Counted from the stretch's first letter, positions 39,728 through 49,350 are shown. The stretch is DNA of 64,000 bases from Acidimicrobiia bacterium (GCA_020637365.1 JACJWE010000002.1:592776-656775); one strand, 5' to 3'. Notes: generated by a model from the sequence alone, not told the origin. A program made the numbers and translations.

Positions 39728-41245
39728 CTAGCCCGCCCGCTCGTTCCAGTCGGCGAGCACCTTGTTGCCCTTCTCGGTTGAAATGTCCTGTCCGTCGGCG
39801 GCGGACTGTCCGGCTAATACCACCGCGTCCATTCCGTCTTCGATCGCATCGCGGACTGCCTGATACGGGCCGATGAGAGGTCCCCGCGCCTTTTCGGGAT
39901 CGACGTTTTCGAACGTCTCATATGCCGCGGCAAACGCGGGATCAGCGGCCCAAAGTTCCTTCACGGCCGGCTCATCGACGGCGAGGATGTTGTTGGGCAT
40001 GTACGACGACTCGACGTGCCACGTGGCTTGTTCTTCCGGCGTCATCGCAAATTCGAGAAAGTCCCATGCCGCAGCCTGTTCTTCGGGTGATGCGTTCGCC
40101 ATGATGAAGGCGCCGCCCCCGCCAGCTTGTGACGAACCAGTCAATTCGGTAAACGACGGCATTGGTGCCACTGCGATATCGAGTTTGGACAGATCGACGT
40201 CTTCTGCATCCAGCCCACTTGTACCGGGGTCGACGCTGTTGCCGGCGGTCAATGCTCGGACCGTTGCGATTGCGGCCGACGTTTCGATGACCATCGCTGC
40301 ATTGCCGTTGGCCACAGCGACAAAGTGATCGAACTGTCCACTCTTATCCTCAACGGCGATCAGGCCGCCATTGTCGACCTCATCTTGGAGCCACGTCCAT
40401 ATATCGGCGACGAGGGGAGTGTCGACCAGAAGCTCATCGGCGCGGGCACTCCGCCCATTGTCGTGATTAACCAGCAGTTCGTCAGCTCGTCGAACCAAGT
40501 GCTCGACGAGCCACGAGTCGAGCTTGAGCGAAAGACCGTACTTCGCAGCGCCAGATTCAACGATCGCCGCATCCGCTTCACGGAGCTCGGCAAAGCTCGT
40601 GGGGGGCTTTTCAGGATCAAGCCCGGCCGCGCGAAAGGCGTTCTTGTTGTAATACAATACCGGCGTTGAGGAGGCGAACGGTAGTGCCATGAGCACATCG
40701 TTAACCGTGTAATGGTCAATCCAAGGCGGCAGCAGGTCCGAGGTGTCGTACTGCGCCGCGTCGACACACGCCTGGACGGGCAGCGCCGAACGGGTGTCGA
40801 TGAAGAACTGAGTCGTCGTATCTTCAGCTATGGCCAATGCTGGCAGCTCATCTGAACCCAGAGATGCTCGAATCTTGTCTTGGAGCTGGTCATAGGAACC
40901 TTGCTCAATGACGGTCAAATGCACTTTGTCTTGGCTGGCGTTGTATCGCTCAGCTTGCTGTTCGAGAGCCGTCTTGGACTGAGCGGCCAGCGCATGCCAC
41001 ATGGTGAGCTCGACGACATCACCAGCGTCATCCAGGGCATCGACCGCGCAGTCGCCGACTTGAATGTCGATCCCTTCCACGTTCGGCCCCGACCCTCCCG
41101 ACGCTTCATTGGAGCCTGCGGACGTTTCAGAAGGTGTCGAGTCTTCGGCATTGTCATCTGAATCATCAGAACCGCCGCATGCGGCGACGATCATCAGTAG
41201 CGCCGCAATGAGAGAAAGCCAGCGGTTCCGCCGAGCAAACGACAT
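39728..41245 (-). CDS. ABC transporter extracellular solute-binding lipoprotein (CUT1 sugar type)
   Basis: The lipobox LMIVAACGG follows ATG 41245, which has an AAGGA RBS. At about 505 aa it has a family-1 SBP architecture, and it is the last gene of the transporter operon. Confidence 0.8.
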   Translation of the reverse strand: MSFARRNRWLSLIAALLMIVAACGGSDDSDDNAEDSTPSETSAGSNEASGGSGPNVEGIDIQVGDCAVDALDDAGDVVELTMWHALAAQSKTALEQQAERYNASQDKVHLTVIEQGSYDQLQDKIRASLGSDELPALAIAEDTTTQFFIDTRSALPVQACVDAAQYDTSDLLPPWIDHYTVNDVLMALPFASSTPVLYYNKNAFRAAGLDPEKPPTSFAELREADAAIVESGAAKYGLSLKLDSWLVEHLVRRADELLVNHDNGRSARADELLVDTPLVADIWTWLQDEVDNGGLIAVEDKSGQFDHFVAVANGNAAMVIETSAAIATVRALTAGNSVDPGTSGLDAEDVDLSKLDIAVAPMPSFTELTGSSQAGGGGAFIMANASPEEQAAAWDFLEFAMTPEEQATWHVESSYMPNNILAVDEPAVKELWAADPAFAAAYETFENVDPEKARGPLIGPYQAVRDAIEDGMDAVVLAGQSAADGQDISTEKGNKVLADWNERAG

Positions 41246-41267
41246 GTCGGAATCCTTTCGAGGAAGT

Positions 41268-42158
41268 TCAGCCCTTAACCGCACCAGCGGTTAGTCCGCG
41301 GACGAGCTGGCGCTCAAAGAAGATGAGCAACAAGAACAGCGGGACAAAGGCCATGATGACCGCAGCGTAGCCTTGGTTGAGTTTGTCAGGACTGGTAGAG
41401 ACGAGTGATTGCAATGCGATCTGGATCGTCCGATACTGACGATCGTCCGCGACGAGCAGCGGCCAGAGATATTGGTTCCACGCGAGCAGGAACGAGAACA
41501 CGCTCAGGGTGGCCAACATGGGCCGGGCCAACGGTATGACTACCCGGGTCAGGAAGCCAAAATGCCCGTACCCGTCGAGAGCTGCGGCGTCTCGAAGATC
41601 GGATGGAATTGCGACGAAGGCTTGGCGCAGTAGAAACGTTCCAAACCCAAAAGCCAGGAATGGGACGATCAGGCCCTGGTAGGAGTTCTTCCAGCCGAGA
41701 TCCAAGATCAGCTGAAAGTTCTGGGTGAAGATGACCTCGACCGGCACCATCATGGTGGCGAGAAACAACGCAAAGAGCACCTTCTTAAACGGAAAGCGTA
41801 AGAAGGCGAAGGCGTAGGCCGCCAGCACGGAGGTCACCAGCTGTCCTGCCATGATGCCGAGCGACATAATGATCGAATTGACGAAGTAGCGACCGAGATC
41901 GCCGTTAGTAAAGGCGTCCGGGTAGACGCGCCAATTGAAGTCGCGCAGTAGTACGGGTGGGTCGGTCAAGATCTTCACAGGCTTATCGACGAGTGAGAAG
42001 ACGATGGCCACATAGAGCGGGAAGATCAACAGCGCCGCGAGAACGGCCAGCACCACATACGTGGCCACCCGCCCGATCACCGCCGCGTTCACCGGGGGCT
42101 CCTTGGCGATGTGCACGGGTTGATGGTTGTCGCGGCTGTGGTTTGTTTCAGTCGCCAT
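41268..42158 (-). CDS. Carbohydrate ABC transporter permease (MalG/UgpE-like)
   Basis: Six TM helices and the EAA-loop region DLRDAAALDGYGHFGFLTRVVIPLARP. Confidence 0.85.
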   Translation of the reverse strand: MATETNHSRDNHQPVHIAKEPPVNAAVIGRVATYVVLAVLAALLIFPLYVAIVFSLVDKPVKILTDPPVLLRDFNWRVYPDAFTNGDLGRYFVNSIIMSLGIMAGQLVTSVLAAYAFAFLRFPFKKVLFALFLATMMVPVEVIFTQNFQLILDLGWKNSYQGLIVPFLAFGFGTFLLRQAFVAIPSDLRDAAALDGYGHFGFLTRVVIPLARPMLATLSVFSFLLAWNQYLWPLLVADDRQYRTIQIALQSLVSTSPDKLNQGYAAVIMAFVPLFLLLIFFERQLVRGLTAGAVKG

Positions 42159-43056
42159 AGTGCACCCGCCGGTTCAGTGCAGCGAACTGGATGAACGTCA
42201 ACAACACGAGTCCGCCGAACAGCACGATGGACTTGACCGCTGCTGCTCCCGGGTCGGATCCACGATTTGTGAAGATGTCGTACACGATCACTCGGGTGGC
42301 GTCCTGAGGACCCCCTTGGGTCAGGATGTCGATCTGACCGAACGTCTGAAACGACACGATCGTCAAGATCACAAAGGCAAACATCAGTGTTGGTGAAATG
42401 GTCGGGATGATGACCGATCGGAGGCGGCGCCAAGGACCAGCCCCATCGATCTTTGCTGCCTCGATCAGGTCGTCGGGGACCGACTGGAGGCCAGCAAGAA
42501 TGATGATGAACGTGATGCCGAGGTTCTGCCAGACGTTGGTGAGCGCTACCGACATCAGCGCCGGTGTGGGTCGGGTTAGCCAATCGACTTTCAGGATCCC
42601 GCCCTGCGGGTTCAACAAGATCAAGAACACCAAGGACGCAACGGCGACCGACGTGGCGACCGGTGTCGAGAAGACGATTCGGAACAGCGACATGCCCCGC
42701 AAGGGCTGATTGACCAGCCACGCCAGCAGCAGGCCCAACACCAAGGCGGGCAGGACCGTCATCAACGACAACAACAACGTCCTCAGGATGGTGGCGTGAA
42801 AGTCCGAATCGCCGAGCACGTCGGTCCACTGTTCCCAGCCGATGTAGCGCTGGGGGGCGTCGGGGTAGAGACCGGGCTGATAGAAGGTCTGGTGTGCCGT
42901 GCGGATCAGCGGATAAAAGACGAATACGGCGAAGATGACCAGGGACGGGGCCAAAAAGGCGTATGCCCACAAGGTCTCAGAGACGCGGGCACGGCGCGAC
43001 CGAAAGTAGGTGCCGGCACCGTCGTTGAGCGACATGCGCGTCTGGCTCAAACTCAT
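42148..43056 (-). CDS. Carbohydrate ABC transporter permease (MalF/UgpA-like)
   Basis: EAA loop LIEAAKIDGAGPWRRLRSVIIP. ATG 43056 overlaps the ATPase stop in an ATGA junction. The ORF is open to 43206. Confidence 0.85.
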   Translation of the reverse strand: MSLSQTRMSLNDGAGTYFRSRRARVSETLWAYAFLAPSLVIFAVFVFYPLIRTAHQTFYQPGLYPDAPQRYIGWEQWTDVLGDSDFHATILRTLLLSLMTVLPALVLGLLLAWLVNQPLRGMSLFRIVFSTPVATSVAVASLVFLILLNPQGGILKVDWLTRPTPALMSVALTNVWQNLGITFIIILAGLQSVPDDLIEAAKIDGAGPWRRLRSVIIPTISPTLMFAFVILTIVSFQTFGQIDILTQGGPQDATRVIVYDIFTNRGSDPGAAAVKSIVLFGGLVLLTFIQFAALNRRVHYGD

Positions 43057-44144
43057 GACGATGTGCTGTCGGCAATTCGCTGTTCTGACGTGGCGTCGAA
43101 CAGGTGGACATCGTCTGCATCGACCGCGAATCGCATCACATCGGACGCGTGCGGCAATGAGCCCCGCGGGTTCGCGATCCTTGCGGTCAGTTGGTGACCG
43201 CCACATTGAGCAACGATATGAGCTTCGTGACCCAGTGACTCGACACCGAGCACCGTGGCTTGCAGGCCGTCCTCAGCGGGGATGAGGTCTTCGGGACGGA
43301 TGCCGAGAAGCACATCGCCAGCCTTGAGGTCTTCAGGGCGGAACTTGGTCGAGAGATCGAGCGCAAGGCCCGCAATGTTGAGCGTGAGCGCTGATCCATC
43401 GATGGTGATGGTTGCTGGCACCACGTTCATCGGTGGGCTTCCGATGAAACGAGCAACGAAGGCGTTCGCCGGTCGGTCATAGACATCGCTGGGTCGGTCG
43501 ACTTGTTGTAGGCGCCCATCATGAAGAACGGCGATGCGGTCGGCCATCGTCATCGCTTCGACCTGATCGTGGGTCACATACAGGAAGGTGGTGCCGAGCT
43601 GTTGGTGCAACTGCACTAACTGGATACGTGTTTGTACACGTAGTTTGGCATCGAGGTTCGACAGTGGCTCGTCCATAAGGAAGGCCTGTGGGCGCCGGAC
43701 GATCGCCCGGGCCGCCGCAACTCGCTGGCGTTGTCCGCCGCTCAGTTGGCCGGGTTTGCGGTCGAGAAGTTCACTCAACCCGAGGGTTTCGGCCGCAGCC
43801 TCGACTCGTTCCACGCGAACGGACCGCTCGACTTTCCGAGCTTTCAAAGGAAATTCGATGTTGGCGCGAACGGTCATGTGTGGGTAGAGAGCGTAGGACT
43901 GAAAGACCATCGCGATGTCGCGATCTTTGGGCGGTACCCGGTTGACCACCTGATTGCCCAACGCGATGTCACCCGACGTTGGTTCCTCAAGGCCAGCGAC
44001 CATTCGCAGCGCCGTGGACTTGCCACAACCCGATGGACCGAGCAGCACCATGAACTCACCGTCATCGACGGTGAGTGACAGGTCATCGACGGCGACGACA
44101 TCGCCGTAGACCTTCCTGACCCGGTCGAAGGTCACGCTGCTCAT
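43053..44144 (-). CDS. Sugar ABC transporter ATP-binding protein (MsiK/MalK/UgpC-like)
   Basis: Walker A GPSGCGKST, signature LSGGQRQRVA, Walker B FLMDEPLSNLD, and a C-terminal TOBE-like domain. ATG 44144 is the likely start; the ORF is open to 44339. Confidence 0.9.
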   Translation of the reverse strand: MSSVTFDRVRKVYGDVVAVDDLSLTVDDGEFMVLLGPSGCGKSTALRMVAGLEEPTSGDIALGNQVVNRVPPKDRDIAMVFQSYALYPHMTVRANIEFPLKARKVERSVRVERVEAAAETLGLSELLDRKPGQLSGGQRQRVAAARAIVRRPQAFLMDEPLSNLDAKLRVQTRIQLVQLHQQLGTTFLYVTHDQVEAMTMADRIAVLHDGRLQQVDRPSDVYDRPANAFVARFIGSPPMNVVPATITIDGSALTLNIAGLALDLSTKFRPEDLKAGDVLLGIRPEDLIPAEDGLQATVLGVESLGHEAHIVAQCGGHQLTARIANPRGSLPHASDVMRFAVDADDVHLFDATSEQRIADSTSS

Positions 44145-44370
44145 CGGCCGCCTTTCACTTGCGCACACCTGTAGGAGGTCGGTCTTTGCGCACTGTGCTC
44201 TGGGATTTGAGACCATGCCCAAAAGTGTTCGACGGGGGAGACGAACCATACGGGGCGGCCACGCTTCGCTGAGCTGAGTGCGTGCGCAGCGGAGTTTAGG
44301 ACGACGTTGAAGACCGGTCACGCGGCGGCCGGTATACAACTGCTGAACTCATGCGGGCCAGCACATATAC

Positions 44371-44408
44371 AGAGGAGGGACCAGTCGTTGCCGACGAATC
44401 CCTCCTCT
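44371..44408 (-). promoter_or_regulatory. 10-bp perfect stem hairpin in the 402-nt leader of the ABC operon
   Basis: AGAGGAGGGA (44371-44380) pairs with TCCCTCCTCT (44399-44408) across an 18-nt loop. Both arms carry SD/anti-SD-like GGAGG/CCTCC strings. Confidence 0.4.
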
Positions 44409-44546
44409 CAGGCTGGAGTCCGTGAGGACCCGTTTGGGTGTAGATACGGCGGACCCGTTGGACACTGCTCTGCGCGCCCTGCGACGCCGACGGGCCGATG
44501 GGCCGACGGGCCGATGAACTGAAAGATCCGGCTGTCGGGTGCTGCG

Positions 44547-44858
44547 TCAGGACGTGACGGTTTCTTCGGGGCGTGGGTGCTTGCGGGGACGGCCACGCGG
44601 ACGTTTGCGGGCGATGATCTTGCCGTTGACGATGATCTGTCCACCCCACACACCCCACGGTTCGTTGCGCGACAGGGCGGCATTGAGACATGGCTCTGTA
44701 ACGGGGCATTCTGCGCAAACAGACTTGGCCATGGCGATATCTTCGATGCGGTCCGAGAAGAACAGCTCTGTCATCGAACCCGATGTGTCCGCGCAGACGG
44801 CGAAATCCATCCAGGCCGGGCGCTTCTCGGCGAGTCGTATCGTCTTTGTCCGTGCCAT
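44547..44858 (-). CDS. whiB7: WhiB7-like Fe-S transcriptional activator with a C-terminal AT-hook
   Basis: Four Cys spaced as C-x24-C-x2-C-x5-C, then EPWGVWGG and the AT-hook KRPRGRPRK. This closely parallels M. tuberculosis WhiB7 as recalled (EPWGVWGG...KRPRGRPRK). Confidence 0.85.
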   Translation of the reverse strand: MARTKTIRLAEKRPAWMDFAVCADTSGSMTELFFSDRIEDIAMAKSVCAECPVTEPCLNAALSRNEPWGVWGGQIIVNGKIIARKRPRGRPRKHPRPEETVTS

Positions 44859-45153
44859 CAGTGGTGTCCCATGTCTCCGAAGCATGATCTGCTTCACGTC
44901 AATCAGTACCGACGTTGGCCTGTGGCTCAACCGTCAAGTGATTTATCGGATGATGCGAGCGTGAAACTTGAGCGAGACGTCGACAACATTTGGCAAATGT
45001 TGAAGTTGGTGTCCGCCTCGCTCCGCGCCATTCGACCACTCTCACAGCGACGGTGAGTGAAGAACCATCACGCTGCGTAGAGACGAAAGTAGCGCGGAGA
45101 AGTCGCGAAGTTACCATGCGTGGGCAATAATTGAGGCTGACCTGCAGTGACAC
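44859..45153 (-). promoter_or_regulatory. whiB7 5' leader with a candidate upstream ORF
   Basis: A uORF runs from GTG 45153 or ATG 45117 to the stop at 44899, which is 41 nt before the whiB7 ATG. The region also holds the inverted repeat CAACATTTG-G-CAAATGTTG at 44984-45002 and a locally low-GC patch. Confidence 0.4.
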
Positions 45154-45434
45154 AATTCACTTTGCCTGATGTTGCACATGTGATTCATCACAAACAGGGA
45201 ACGTGACGCGCTCGGTGGTCAGACTGGAGGGAGCTCCACATGGCGGCCGCTCGTTACGGCCGACCAATGACATGACGCAACGAACGTGACGTTCGACGCG
45301 CGATCTGCGTGACGAATGAGCCAGACACTCAGTGCCATGTGGTTTGAAACGCTGAGGAAATGGGCGAGCGCACTTCTATGTGACGGCAGAACAGCCCTAC
45401 GGGTGAGCGTTCGCTGTGCGCCCGGGCTCGTCGG

Positions 45435-47417
45435 CTACTTGGTGTTCGAGCGCCGAGCGGTCGTCTTCTTGGCCGCGGCTGGCGACGACTTGGTGCTGGT
45501 TCGCTTGGACGCCGCCGGTTTTGACGAACTCTCAGAAGCGGCGGACCGCTTGGATGGCGTCTTCTCCACTGGTTGCGTTGGAGTTGTTGTCGCGGCGGAA
45601 CGCGTCGTTGCAGCCGACTTCGCAGTCCCTGACCGTTTGGATGGCGTCGTGGTGGTTCGTTTCGCGGGGGTGCCGGTGGACTTGGTTGTGGTGGTTCGTT
45701 TCGGCGGGGTGCCGGTCGACTTGGTGGTGGTTCGTTTCGCCCGGGTGGCTGGCTTCGTTGTCGTCGATCGTTTGGCTGACGCCGTCGTCGGCGCTGGCTT
45801 CGTTGGCTTCGGTGTCGCTTGGAGCTTGACCGGTTCACCCGAAACCCGTGCTGCCTTTGCGAGCGCCGCGGCATCGACCGAAGTCACACCTTCACTGGCG
45901 ATGTCGGGTACCTCGATCGACGTCATGCCCATCACGTCAGGACGAGTGGCGGTCGCAGAGTTCCGCTTGCGCTGAGCGGGGCGTCCCGGTGCAGATGCTT
46001 CCGCTGCCACTCGGAGTTCTTCTAATTCCATCGCCATGCCCTGCGCCAAGACGTGAAGATCCGGCGTCAGTTCGCGACAGCCGACGATCCCGAAATCCAT
46101 GCGGTCTTGATAGGACATGACCGTGATGTTCAGCCCGGCACCCTCGGCGATCGGGCCCAGCGGAAACAGTGCATCGATCGACATTCCAGCCATGTAGAGG
46201 CGGAACGGTGGACCTGGCACGTTCGAGATCGTCACGTTGTACAAAGGCCGATGCTTATTGGCCAAACCGAGCGAGGTGTAGAGGCGAGCTGCACGAGCGA
46301 AGACGGCGGGGGATGCCGACTGTGCCCAGTCCATCAAGAAGTTTGCACCAACGGCATGATGCTGCTCTTTGGCGACGGACATCTGTTCGTTGACCGCCAT
46401 CAGCCGTTCGACGGGATCGGCGATATCGGTGGAGAGCGATGTGAACATGGCCGAAATCCGATTGCCGAGGGCGCCTGACTCATCGGCTGAGCGGACCGAA
46501 ATCGGCACCGAAGCAATCAATGGTCGGTCCGGGATTTCATCGATGTGGCGCAGGTAGTGCCGCAAGCCGCCAGCGCAGACCGACATGACCACATCGTTGA
46601 CCGTGGTACCAAAGGTCGACTTGATGAACTTCACCGTGTCGAGGGGCATCTGCATGTACTCGAACAGCCGGTGTGGGGTCAGCGCTGCATTGAACGGTGT
46701 GCGCGGAGCCTGAAACAGCGGAGGGGTGCCCACACCGTCGCCATTGTCATGCTGCATCGCTCGAAAGCTGCTGACCGTGGTGCGCGCCACCTTGGCCAGC
46801 CGCCAGGGCTGCTGAACAAACGCACCGATGGAGCGGAGGGTGAGCATTGTTTCCGACGGCGCACGCTGAGGCCGCCACACGTCGTTTGGTTGGTTCGGAG
46901 GGTTGCTCGGCGAGGGCTCAAGGTCGAGCATATGAACCATGAGTTCCGCGCCCGACACGCCGTCGATGGCGGCGTGATGCACCTTTGAAATCAGCGCGCA
47001 CCGGTCACCCTTTACCCCCTCGACAAACCACATCTCCCAAAGTGGCCGACTTCGGTCCAGCGGCCGACCGAAGAGCCGCGCTGCGAGCGCTGCAAGTTCT
47101 TTGTGTCCACCGGGCGAGGGTAGGGCGACGTGGCGGAGGTGAGAATCGAGATGAAAGTCTGGGTCGTCGATCCAGACGGGATGGTCCAAGTTGAGGGGCA
47201 CATCCATGAGGCGCCGACGGAACGGGGGCACGAGGTGGATCCTCTGCCCGATCATCTCGCGAATCGCGGCAAAAGCCTCCTTGCCGCTCATGTCGCCGGG
47301 GTCCAGGATCAGCACCGACGATACGTGCATGTGGTTGGTGGGCGTCTCAAGAACTGCGAACGCGGAATCGATGCCGGTCAGTCGTTGCATGATGATGTGG
47401 CCTTTCGCTTTCGCCAA
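45435..47417 (-). CDS. Wax ester synthase/diacylglycerol acyltransferase (WS/DGAT) with a roughly 190-aa basic K/R/T/S/P-rich C-terminal tail
   Basis: Catalytic motif HHAAIDGVSG and the typical N-terminus MQRLTGIDSAF (alternative start at 47390). The tail contains the KSTGTP[PA]KRTTTT repeats. Confidence 0.85.
   Translation of the reverse strand: MAKAKGHIIMQRLTGIDSAFAVLETPTNHMHVSSVLILDPGDMSGKEAFAAIREMIGQRIHLVPPFRRRLMDVPLNLDHPVWIDDPDFHLDSHLRHVALPSPGGHKELAALAARLFGRPLDRSRPLWEMWFVEGVKGDRCALISKVHHAAIDGVSGAELMVHMLDLEPSPSNPPNQPNDVWRPQRAPSETMLTLRSIGAFVQQPWRLAKVARTTVSSFRAMQHDNGDGVGTPPLFQAPRTPFNAALTPHRLFEYMQMPLDTVKFIKSTFGTTVNDVVMSVCAGGLRHYLRHIDEIPDRPLIASVPISVRSADESGALGNRISAMFTSLSTDIADPVERLMAVNEQMSVAKEQHHAVGANFLMDWAQSASPAVFARAARLYTSLGLANKHRPLYNVTISNVPGPPFRLYMAGMSIDALFPLGPIAEGAGLNITVMSYQDRMDFGIVGCRELTPDLHVLAQGMAMELEELRVAAEASAPGRPAQRKRNSATATRPDVMGMTSIEVPDIASEGVTSVDAAALAKAARVSGEPVKLQATPKPTKPAPTTASAKRSTTTKPATRAKRTTTKSTGTPPKRTTTTKSTGTPAKRTTTTPSKRSGTAKSAATTRSAATTTPTQPVEKTPSKRSAASESSSKPAASKRTSTKSSPAAAKKTTARRSNTK
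45649..45760 (-). repeat. 39-nt tandem repeat (2 full units and 1 shortened unit) inside the WS/DGAT tail
   Basis: Units at 45649-45687 and 45688-45726 differ at a few positions, followed by a 34-nt degenerate unit. All are in frame at 13 aa per unit. Confidence 0.8.
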
Positions 47418-47530
47418 AGGCCAAGGTTAGCGATATGAGGCGGCTAGTGTCCTCGGCCCTGGGATTGCGTTGTTCAGACACGCTGTCGACAGCCGCGCTG
47501 GTCCGACAGGGACCCCCACCACCAGGGGCG

Positions 47531-48424
47531 TTAACGCTTACCGCGCCGAGAGCGATGCGAACGTTTCTGGGACTCCGCAGCTCCCGCGTCTGCTTGAGGT
47601 TCCCACTTGAATCCGAAGATGACGCCCGCCAGCCCGATAAGGCCCCATATTGCCAGCGCACCGAGATGACCCCATTGGATGCCGGGTGCCGCGGTCTGAG
47701 GCAAATAGGTCGGAACCAATGCTTCGACCAGATGGCGCAACGGAAACAGCGACGCCACCCAACCCACGCCGCGGGGGACATCGCTGACCGGCATGAACGC
47801 GGTGGTCAACATCACAAGCGTCGTCGCGTTGGTCAACGGAGGGGCCGCCGTTTCTGACGGAATCCACGCGGTTTGGGCAACTCCTAGAGCAGCAAATGCG
47901 GCAGCACCCACCGCGATGGTGAGGATGCCAGCGGGGATGAGGCGCCACTCGATATCGACGCCGAAAAACAGGGTGCCCACGACCAACATGACGAAACAGA
48001 GCGCGTAGGCCACGACCAGTGAGCTACCGACGTGACCAGCGACGTATGCCCATTTCGGCAGCGGGGTGCCTTGAACGCGCCGCAAGATGCCCCGTTCGCG
48101 CGTCACCGTCACCCGCATTGCCAAAGCGGTCAGCGTCGCTCCCATCACAGCGAACGCTATGAACGCAGGGGTTGCGCGCTGCTGGTAACGAGACGGCTCG
48201 AACTCTTCGAGGAAGTTCTTGCCGCCCGGCTCGAAAACGAGGACACCGATGAAGATGACCAGCGGAAAGATGACGGTGAAAAAGGCTGCGGCTGGGTTCC
48301 TCATGAAGATCCGCAGCTGGTACCGAGCCTGGTTAACAATCAGATGTGGTACCGATGGCCACTTGCCCTTCATCGGCGTTGGCGAATCGGGTTCGAGGGC
48401 ACCTGGAGTTTTGGTAGTGGTCAA
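47531..48424 (-). CDS. ABC-2 type exporter permease
   Basis: Six predicted TM helices. It overlaps the upstream ATPase gene by 4 nt, as in DrrB-like partners. Confidence 0.75.
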   Translation of the reverse strand: MTTTKTPGALEPDSPTPMKGKWPSVPHLIVNQARYQLRIFMRNPAAAFFTVIFPLVIFIGVLVFEPGGKNFLEEFEPSRYQQRATPAFIAFAVMGATLTALAMRVTVTRERGILRRVQGTPLPKWAYVAGHVGSSLVVAYALCFVMLVVGTLFFGVDIEWRLIPAGILTIAVGAAAFAALGVAQTAWIPSETAAPPLTNATTLVMLTTAFMPVSDVPRGVGWVASLFPLRHLVEALVPTYLPQTAAPGIQWGHLGALAIWGLIGLAGVIFGFKWEPQADAGAAESQKRSHRSRRGKR

Positions 48425-49350
48425 CGTTTCGCTCCCTCTGATGCAGGCTCAGGTGGCGTTGACCCGACGAGATCCAAATAGATCTCCTCGAGACTGGGGC
48501 GTCGCACGATCAGGTCTTCCAGCTCGACATCAGCGTCAAGCGCCCAGCGCGTGAGGTCGTGAAGTGTTGCTGTGGTTTCACGAGTTTCGATGCGCCACGA
48601 CCCATCAGCAAGCTGGTGTACACCAAGCCCGGTCGGTGGGACGACCGCACCATCGAGGCGGAATGTGATCCGCACCCGGTCGGTGTGAGGACCGACGAGT
48701 TGTGACGGCGTCCCTTCGGCCAACACGCGCCCGTCTGAAATGACCACGATCCGATCGGCGAGAAACTCCGCCTCGTCCATGTAGTGAGTCGTCAAGAGGA
48801 CGGTTTTGCCCAGCGTTCCGAGGTCGCTAATCAGCTGCCACGCTTGGCGCCGAGCGCTGGGGTCAAAACCCGTCGTCGGCTCGTCGAGGAACAACAGGTC
48901 GGGGTTGCCGACCAAGGCTAATGCGAGGTCGAGGCGACGTTGCTGCCCACCTGAGAGCCGACCCGATCGGCGGTCGGCGACCGAGGTCAGGCCGACCAGT
49001 TCAAGCACTTCGTCGACCGGGCGGGGATCGGGATACCAGCTGCCGAACATCGCAACACATTCACGCGGTGTCAGCTCGGGGTCGGTCCGCGAATCTTGGA
49101 GGACGATACCGAGCCTGGCACGCATCTGGCGATCACGTTTGGCAGGGTCAAAACCCAAGACACGAACCGTTCCACCCGTCGCCTTCCGGTGCCCCTCGAG
49201 GATCTCGATCGTGGTGGTCTTGCCAGCACCGTTTGGTCCGAGAAGGGCGAGAACCTCGCCTTGTTGGACGGTAAAACTCACATCGGCAACGGCGGTGACC
49301 TCGCCGTATGTCTTTGAGATGTGTTGGATTTCGATAGCGGGCACTGTCAT
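48421..49350 (-). CDS. ABC exporter ATP-binding protein (DrrA/CcmA-like)
   Basis: Walker A GPNGAGKTT, signature LSGGQQRRLDLA, Walker B LLFLDEPTTGFD. Confidence 0.9.
   Translation of the reverse strand: MTVPAIEIQHISKTYGEVTAVADVSFTVQQGEVLALLGPNGAGKTTTIEILEGHRKATGGTVRVLGFDPAKRDRQMRARLGIVLQDSRTDPELTPRECVAMFGSWYPDPRPVDEVLELVGLTSVADRRSGRLSGGQQRRLDLALALVGNPDLLFLDEPTTGFDPSARRQAWQLISDLGTLGKTVLLTTHYMDEAEFLADRIVVISDGRVLAEGTPSQLVGPHTDRVRITFRLDGAVVPPTGLGVHQLADGSWRIETRETTATLHDLTRWALDADVELEDLIVRRPSLEEIYLDLVGSTPPEPASEGAKR

Noticed and set aside
40018-40027. GCCACGTGGC palindromes, here and at 53352-53361, sharing the CACGTG core of parS
   Set aside because: The flanks do not match the parS arms TGTTT/AAACA, and both lie inside coding sequence, so they are unlikely to be ParB sites.
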